A stretch of 63,419 nt of DNA, filler included, from Choristocarpus tenellus KU-1152 (Eukaryota; Protista; Phaeophyceae): the NCBI GenBank assembly GCA_964200185.2. It is 8 parts of 8 records of this genome, joined end to end, with 100 filler letters (N's around TTAATTAATTAA, not from the genome) between each part and the next. Parts side by side here need not be neighbours in the genome. Positions count along the whole stretch, not along the records: positions 41,984 to 59,372 come from CAXNAD020000679.1; positions 59,473 to 63,419 come from CAXNAD020017000.1; 6 more parts are not named here. The stretch is one strand, 5' to 3'. This document shows, piece by piece, positions 55,767-63,419 of this stretch (within the stretch, counting starts at the first letter, position 1; the number at the start of each line of letters is the position of its first letter). A program made the translations under genes and the position numbers. The notes below the pieces were generated by a model that saw only the letters and a list, made by a program, of their open reading frames with translations, was not told the origin of the DNA and did not search any database.

Positions 55767-56039
55767 GATTCAAAGTATCTTAGAGGCTAGAGTCATGTCC
55801 ATTTGGGGGCCAAAACCAAATGTTGTGATTTTGATGTAATTTTGGCTACGTGTTGTTAGGAAGAATCAATATCCTTGTTCCAGGCACACCTTTTCATGAC
55901 ATACGCATTTTATCTACTCCGCATTTTATCTACTCCAAAACGTTTCAGAGTAGGTAAAATGTCATAAAAAGCCTGTGGAAAGCCAAGCCCAAAGCGGACA
56001 AACAGGGCAAAACTTGTACCCTCTAAGATACTTTCAATC
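55767..56039 (+). mobile_element. MITE family A1 with internal 17-bp duplication
   Basis: TIR gattcaaagtatc...gatactttcaatc; TSD TCA; gcattttatctactcc repeated. Confidence 0.9.
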
Positions 56040-56249
56040 TCAAGCTTGTGTGCAATATGAAGTGGAGATTCACACAGAAAGGAGCAAGTTGGTTTGCATG
56101 TTAGCAGATGACTTGCATATGCACAGCATCGAACACCTGCTACCGAGCAACTTATCTATTCAATGGGCAAGTTGGTTTGGGGTCCCTTTAAACTAATTCC
56201 AGTTATACCACCTGAAAAAAAAATGACCAGAACTAACACATATGCTCAC

Positions 56250-58650
56250 TGTAAGCGCTCAGCTCCACAACATAGATTGGGTTTATTGCTTGTTGTTAAC
56301 ATGAAGCTCCACAATAGGTTATTAGTGACCCCAGTTGCTCTTGTCTCTACTATCCTGAGGAACTGTACAACAGTCTGCCGTAGGCTCTATGCCTGGAGGA
56401 CTCCATCATTGATAACTGTCCCATTTTCCCCACCTACACTCTTCACTCCCCCACCATTATCTTGAAACAACCTACTGCTTTCCTCATTCACATGCAACAC
56501 CGTAAATATATGCCTTTGAAACATCATCCCCCTCTCTTTCTGTTCTCTGAATCTTATACGGGATTTTTCCCCTTCTCCATCAACATTAACCCTTAACAAT
56601 CTGTTCTTCTTTTCCCTTATCCTTTCCTGAGCATCCTAGTTGCTTCTCCATTTTCGCCAACTTCTTTCCACCCTACTGGCAGCATGAGAAGTATCTGGAG
56701 GGGAAACTGTGGAAATAGTTTCCTTGTCCTTCTGCAAACAATTCTGACACCCTCTCCTTGTAAAAGAAGCATGCCAATGTCCACCCCTGTCACACAATAT
56801 AGCCATTTATTTCTTATTTTCGCAGTAACTCCTTACCCTTCTTCTCTACTGTACCGCTTTCATTATCGAATGCCTCCTGGCCCTTACCTCTCCCTTCCAT
56901 ACGAGCATATTTCATTGAACATCTCCTTTTAAAGCTTGCACACAATATTGCCCCCCAGGCGACTCTCACCCCATTGTCATCTTGTGACTTCAATGCCTGC
57001 CAATTTTCAGTTCATGGACAACTCCACATTATTCACTTTGTCTCAGAAGGAAAAGGTCAAGAGGATCGAAAGTTTCCTTATAGTTGTGTCAACCCCATCT
57101 TCTACCAACAAAACAAAACCTTTCTTTCCCGAACTTCACCATGTCCCAGTCTCACTTGAAAGTCTCATCATGCTGCAGAACCCCTGCTCTGACCAGGACT
57201 CCCGAAAGATGACATAGACCACATCCATAAATATTCTGCTTCTCCCTTCCTACTTTTACGTTATGCCATGAAACCATACCACAAGCTTAGGTTGGAAGGT
57301 GTTAGTGCCAAACCAATTGAGAGGTAGGCAGGTTTGAAGCTTTTCATATTCTAAGGCATCTTTCTTACCTCGTGCAATACACTCTATTTCAATGCTGTAA
57401 GTGCACAATAGTGTAGGGAAAATATATATTCCCCTTTACACACAAAAAGTTGCACCACAATTTAGTAAAGGCGCTTCCTGGAGTTGTACAAAATTGCGTC
57501 TTTTTGCCCTTTCTCGAGATCCTTGAAATGCAACCCTGCTTACCTTTCTCGAGATCAAGTGCCCTCCTTTATGTCTCCCACCATTTACCTGATCTTCTTC
57601 CAGATTGAATCTGCTCCTGAGTCCACTCCTGTGGTCACCATCCACCATATCTGCACTTTTATACTCCTTTCTCCTACGACTGGCCCCCTATTCCCTAATT
57701 CCATTGATAATGGCAGGCGTTCAATTTTGCTTGAAACCAATTCAGGCACGGGAATGAAGTGTGAGGTAGAATGTTTTTTAGGCCCTCAACACTCAAAAGG
57801 GTCTAAACGAACCCCCTCAAATATAGGATCGCTCATTCATTCTCATTTCCTGCCTGCTCTGTGGCAGGTATTCCCTCTGGAAGGTGCTTCGGATCGAAAG
57901 CTTTTCAGAGGGTAGGGCTGTGTCCGTTCGGGGTCATAAATCCAATATTGCGATTTTGATGTAATATTACTACTGTGTTTGTTAGCAAGTGTCAATATCC
58001 TTGCTCTGGATACACCTTTCATAGTCGTGTACATTCTACCTACTCCAAAATGTTTCAGAGTGGGAAACCTTATTCACAGAAAACTGAAAAAAGGGCACAA
58101 AAACCCCGTGGGAAGCCAAGCCCTGAATGGACAAACAGTGCAAAACTCCTACCCTCTGAAATTCTTAGGATCTCCTGCTCAATGGTATTCCCCCTCACCT
58201 CATTTCCTGAACTGATCTCCTCCCCCATTGACAACCCTACAATGTTTTCCCTTTCGTTCATTGCTCCTTGGCAATCTCAGTTTTGACTCTTTACTGCCTT
58301 TCTCAACTACTCTGCAATAGTCAACCATTATCACACACGGTCCCTCCATACCTCACTTGACTATCCTGTACCTCTTGCTTCCTATAATCTTTCACCTCTT
58401 CACTTTCTCCTGACCTAGATTCAGCACAATAGCATAGTTTACTGTTCTCCAGATTTCCTCTCAAAAATCAGTTTGTTACGTAGTCTTCCCCTCTCAAGCT
58501 CTTCGATCATTTGTTTGTATGAATTCTTGCTCCATTATTTTATCCTTGAACAAATACACGACCCTAACCGATCTAATTCCTCTTGTTCATGTGTCCAATT
58601 AATTTTCCTGCGTCATCTCCTTTCAAGGGAGTGGCACATGGTGCTGTACC
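56250..58650 (-). mobile_element. Highly decayed LINE-like relic interrupted by family C and MITE A
   Basis: Strong purine skew on the minus strand and broken K/E/R-rich frames; no intact diagnostic motif. Confidence 0.3.
57892..58172 (+). mobile_element. MITE family A2 (diverged)
   Basis: Degenerate TIRs gatcgaaag...cttaggatc; internal match to the 30035 copy. Confidence 0.85.
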
Positions 58651-59073
58651 TGTGACGGCTCCTCTCCTCAAATGTCAAGTGGGGGGTGGGGTAAAAGATG
58701 GACATTCCTTCATCCTCTTCTGTAAAAACCGATGGTATGCTTCCTCCGTTTGGAATTAATGTAACATAACCGTGCGGCTCCCATGAAGAAGCAAGACATT
58801 TTTTCACATGTTCATATTATATGGGTGTATTGTGCAGACACTAAAAAGGTTGCCCACCAAACTTTAAACAAAATGGGGCAGCCTACACCTATCTATCGAT
58901 TCTGCCACCGAAGCCATCCAAAACTCCATTCCAGGAAGCTATTTCACCACATCCACCGGGGCATTCAGGGGAAGCTTGCCTGCCTTCTCAGCCTTTTCGT
59001 TGCTAAGATGGAGAATTCTGAAGACATTATCACCATTGGACTCCAGCACTTCACCGTAGACTGCAAAGAGGCT

Positions 59074-59335
59074 CTACCAGACGCACTCTAGTGTCTCCTG
59101 GGGGTACACATCGAATGCCTCAATTGTGGCCTCCACCCACTCCTCTGTGTTGGTCCTCCCCATGTTATCCCTCCATTGCTGGATTAAAAGAAATAATCTC
59201 ATATTGTTGATGTTGAGGTCAGGTGAGTTGGTTGACTTGGTCTCTATGACAATCTTGTCCCCACTGCCTCTTCGATTGCCTCCATGATCCACCCCTTGGT
59301 GTGTGGCTTTGCCCCATCGTACTACACGAGGATGT
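59074..59335 (-). mobile_element. Tc1/mariner (DD39D-like) transposase relic
   Basis: V*YDGAKPH ... STNSPDLNINNMRLFLLIQ matches QQD.A.PH and PNSPDLN..DLG.F..IQ. Confidence 0.7.
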
Positions 59336-59372
59336 GAGCCAAAGGATCTTAGAGAGTAGAGCCGCGTCCATT
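59336..59372 (+). mobile_element. MITE family A left end inserted in the mariner relic, cut by gap
   Basis: gagccaaaggatcttagagagtagagccgcgtccatt. Confidence 0.8.
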
Positions 59373-59512
59373 NNNNNNNNNNNNNNNNNNNNNNNNNNNN
59401 NNNNNNNNNNNNNNNNTTAATTAATTAANNNNNNNNNNNNNNNNNNNNNNNNNNNNNNNNNNNNNNNNNNNNCCCTCCCCCCCCCTACTGATTTTGATGT
59501 TTATGTGATCAG

Positions 59513-62500
59513 GTGAACACGCTGCACTGAAAAAGGTGATGGAGACAGTGAAGGAACAGTTTACAGAATATGAACGCAAGGACATAAAACGGATTGAGAA
59601 GGAAAAGTTCCTCAAAGAACAGGTAACGACCAAGGAGCAATCCACACTTGAAATTGTTGAAATTCAAGGATGAAGTTTGTAGGTTGAGGGTTGAAGGTTG
59701 ATTAGTGTCATGGTATGAGGTGAGAGTTAGGAGTTAAGGGTTATGAGTTGGGAGTTAAGGGTTATGAGTTGGGATTTAAGAGTTAAGAGTTGTTAGTTAA
59801 GGGTTATGAGTTGGGAGTAAAGAGTTAAGAGTTGAGAGTTGTAGTGGGAGAGATGACAGTCATACTTTTCTAGGGTTAGGGTTATGGTGTTGATTTACCT
59901 GGTACTGTCACGTGTAACTGCCATTGATGACTTTAAGATTAGGTTGGTGTACCTTCTTTAAGGTTAGGTTGGTATACCTTCTTCAAGGTTACATCCGTAT
60001 ACCTTCTTTTGACGAAAGGTTGTCAATCCGTGCAATTTTGGGCTGTGTTTAAATTGTTGTACTTTACAAAAAAACAGGTAGGTAGGCGAATAGATAGCCT
60101 AGCATGACAAGCAGGTGGAGTGGGTAAAGATAGTAACCTTTGAGGGCAGTTGAGGCGACCCAGTATGCTTTATGTGTACTCTACAGGGTTTGTAATGGCC
60201 AGTGAGTTTTGTAATAGCCAGTGAGTTCTGTATAAGAAAAAGAATAATGGAAAGGAAAGGTGAGTGGTATGACATGGTACTTGGTGATACATGTGGCTAC
60301 TGCGAAATGTTTGATGTTAGTGGATTTATACCATTGATGTTAGTGGACTTGCTTGCCTTATACCGTTAGTGGTATCTGCTCCAGGCAATTGCTTTGGAGT
60401 GGGTTGGTCGCTGTTGATACGTAATGAACCTCTTCCTGATTGGTTAATTGTTATATACGGTGTGGGTTACACCGTGTGGGTTGTTATGACACACAGATTA
60501 GGATTAGGGTTGGGAGTATGGTACATGATGACTGTTAGGGTTAGGGTTAGGGTTATGGTACACGATGACTGTTAGTGTTAGGGTTAGGGTTATGGTACAC
60601 GATGACTGTTAGGGTTAGTGTTAGGGTTATGGTACCCGATGACTGTCCTTTGAAGTGCTGTGTATGGTCTACTTCCTTGAGTTCTCACTCAGGATGTTAA
60701 TGCTAATTCATTTATACATTCAGTTGAATCTCAGAGAGTATTTTTGTGGGGGGGTTGTTTCTTTTTTTTCTTAATGATTTTTTTTATTATTATATTATTA
60801 TTATTATTATTTACTCTTCCTGTTCCTTACACCTAACCTAACACCTATCTGTGCCAATGATACCTGCTTTGTTTCCTTTCTTGCACAATGTCTATCACTA
60901 CTTTCTCATCCATCCATCCATCCATCCATCCATCTATCTATCTATCTATCAGTTATGCTTTAATTCCCCCTTCCCCACCCTTCCTGTCCTTCCCTCCTGT
61001 CATCCCTAATGAGTTAGATGCGTAAACTGGAGTCATCTATCAAGAGGGATCACAAAAAGGCCGAGGAAAGGTTAGTGCTGTCTTATTACCTCTATCAATT
61101 GGTATTTTTAGTGCTTGTGTGTCCTCTTTGTATCTATCCTCACTCTTTTGATTGGTTGATAAATATATATTTTTAATTATTTCAATGTGATATTTTACTT
61201 CAGGGACTAATCTTTCTGTAGAGAGATGATATGATATGATATGATATGATACGATAGGATAGGATAGGATCTGATCTGAGATGATCCCAGGTATTAGCAT
61301 TATTAGTATTGATGTCTACACTACGATTCCGTTCTTGTGCAAGAGTTGTGGAGATCCATTGTATATGTCTACATTGGGTGATGAAAATGGTTAATATCAT
61401 GTACCTTTGAAATGTGTATGTTTTTGTTTTTGCTCTATATATTTTTTATTAATATTTTACTAATAATTTGTTTTTATTTTATCAAGTTATTTTGTGTTAT
61501 CTTCCTCCAAGTGTTTTTGTTCTCAGCGCTTTCTTGTTGTTATGAAGTGATTTAAATTGTGTCCTTTGGAACGTTAACTTACTCTTGTTGTTATGAGGTG
61601 ATTTAAATTGTATTATTTGAAATATTAACTTATTCTTGTTGCTATGAAGTGATTTAAATTGTGTTCTTTGAAATGTTAACTTATTTTTGCATTTGCTTCA
61701 GTTTATCATAGAGTGATAACAGAGTGTTTTCTATTTTTTATTTATTTTCTCTTTGTTGAATCATTTTAAATGTGCTTTGATGTATTTTTTATATTTGTCA
61801 TACGAAAACTTAAAAGAGTTTTGCTGATTTTTAGAAGGAGAGTCAGTGAAGATGACCAGAAGGGAAGGATATCTATGGATGAATATATAAATATATATAT
61901 ATAGATAGATAGTTACAAAGAGCAATTCCTAATTTAGTATTTATTTTTTATCTATTTTACAGATAGAGAGATGGACAGACTTCAAGGTTGAGGACTGTGA
62001 AGTATTGCTGGCAGTCAGGTCATGTTATGATCATTTCATTTGTTAGGTCTCTTTGGTGATATAAGTAGTGATAGTATTGGTAGATTTGGGGTGAGAGGAG
62101 GGAGAAGGTAATTGGAGTTGAGGGTATGGGAGGCATTATGTGTCAAGAATCCCCTATTTGTAATATTGAAAATATTGTAGGGTTAGGACTGTTATTACCA
62201 TTAGTAGTATTGTAGTGATAGTTAGGGCAGTTAATGATTATTTATGGTACTACTAACGCATTTATTGTTTAGGTTAGGGTATTAGTGGGTGTGATATCTT
62301 TGTTTCCACTCTTATGTATTAATAGTGTTTGATAGAGATTGTTGATATTGATTAGTATTTCAGTGTTGGTATAGATTGTTGATAGAGATTTCTATTTTAG
62401 TGTTGGTATAGAGTGTTAATATAGATTACTATTTTGTCAGGGACAAGTAAACAGAGAAAAGGCTTTAAAGTGGTATTATTATTATTATTATTATTGAAGA

Positions 62501-63221
62501 CTATATTGCATGATTGACACTACTTCAAATAGCGAAAGGGTGTTGTCATAGGAATACAATACTAAGTACAATACTAATAATAGGAAAAGTCACCTAACCC
62601 CTGCTCCAAGAACAGTTGGTTCTTGTTTCCCTATACCTTTGCCAGTTCCAAAAAAGGTATACATGAGGTGTTTTAGTTTTTTTTAAAGATATTTTTTAAT
62701 ATTTGAATGCAGTATAAAAATAAAAAGAAATCTGTTGAGGGTATGTATATCATATTATGATATTTGATTTATATTATTATTCCATTTGGGGGATAAACGA
62801 AAGAGGGTATGTATATCATAATATGATATTTGATTTATATATTATTCCATTTGGGGGATAAACGAAAAATAATACTTGTCATTCAATTTCAAAGTTGAGA
62901 TAGGTCGTATCACTTTAATATTAATCTTCATCATAGTTATACCTGAAGTACACCTTTGACCTACCAAGTACTAACTATGCTTGTTATTGTTGCTGTTATT
63001 ACCTGTAAATACTTGATATTATTGTTATTGTTACTATTAATTTTATTGTGCTTGATGTTAATATCATTATCTATACTTGGTATTATTACCTGTATGCCCC
63101 CACTGCTCTGGGATGAAGTCTTAAGAGAGCAGAGGAGTTGGAGGGCGGTATGAAGGCGTTGGAGGCAGCAGTGACTCAGGCTGAGGCTCGGAAGAGATCA
63201 GAGGAGACTGCCTTGGAGGAG
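59513..63221 (+). CDS. Probable SMC4 (condensin) coiled-coil exons 59513-59622 and ~63133-63221; partial
   Basis: KEQFTEYERKDIKRIEKEKFLKEQ resembles the SMC4 F.E.ER.D.K.RE..K.LK segment; second coiled-coil exon ELEGGMKALE...SEETALEE; an intermediate exon is needed and was not resolved. Confidence 0.5.
60497..60646. repeat. 37-bp satellite containing TTAGGG units
   Basis: gttagggttagggttagggttatggtacacgatgact repeated about 4 times (gatgactg recurs at 60527, 60564, 60601, 60638). Confidence 0.9.
61532..61685. repeat. ~52-bp tandem repeat x3
   Basis: tcttgttgttatgaagtgatttaaattgt...ttaacttat repeated. Confidence 0.85.
62737..62867. repeat. ~67-bp tandem duplication
   Basis: gagggtatgtatatcatat...ccatttgggggataaacgaaa twice. 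Confidence 0.9.
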
Positions 63222-63419
63222 GTGTGCGTGCGATTTTTTAGTTTTTTCATTTATTTATTTTTGTACTAAGAACACTTCAAGGTCTCTATTTTATATTACT
63301 AATATATAGTATTTTGAAATTTGCAGTATTTATATATTTATATTTATATATATATCCCTGTGGAGCCCTTACTCTGATATGTATCTCTCCCCCTTAGTAC
63401 AATCTGTGAAAACACTTCC

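Noticed and set aside
60497-60646. TTAGGG runs as a true telomere
   Set aside because: Short, interrupted, internal to the contig and embedded in a satellite unit

Overview
Eukaryotic nuclear scaffold with seven ~100-bp assembly gaps (N-run/TTAATTAATTAA/N-run). Intron-rich GT-AG genes, TTAGGG repeats and a Zn2Cys6 factor suggest a stramenopile alga, possibly a brown alga (inference only). Host genes I could splice by hand: a Zn2Cys6 transcription factor, DENN-domain exons, a head-to-head pair of unknown genes, two partial unknown genes, an SLC25A44-like mitochondrial carrier, ubiquitin-RPS27a, an LPAAT/PlsC acyltransferase, probable SMC4 exons and tRNA-Thr(CGT). Intergenic and intronic DNA is full of decayed Copia, non-LTR, mariner and hAT relics and about 22 copies of three short MITE-like families. 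The best finding is an AT-rich ~1.3-kb patchwork at 47.0-48.3 kb, inside a gap-free contig between two intact host genes. It holds pseudogenised bacterial fragments in mixed orientation: a type I PKS dehydratase, nadD-rsfS, an alpha/beta-hydrolase start, an lpxL/htrB end and a Tlc5-like nucleotide translocase. This looks like a shuffled nuclear insertion of DNA from a Rickettsiaceae-type endosymbiont. All family assignments come from motif recognition by eye; no database search was run.
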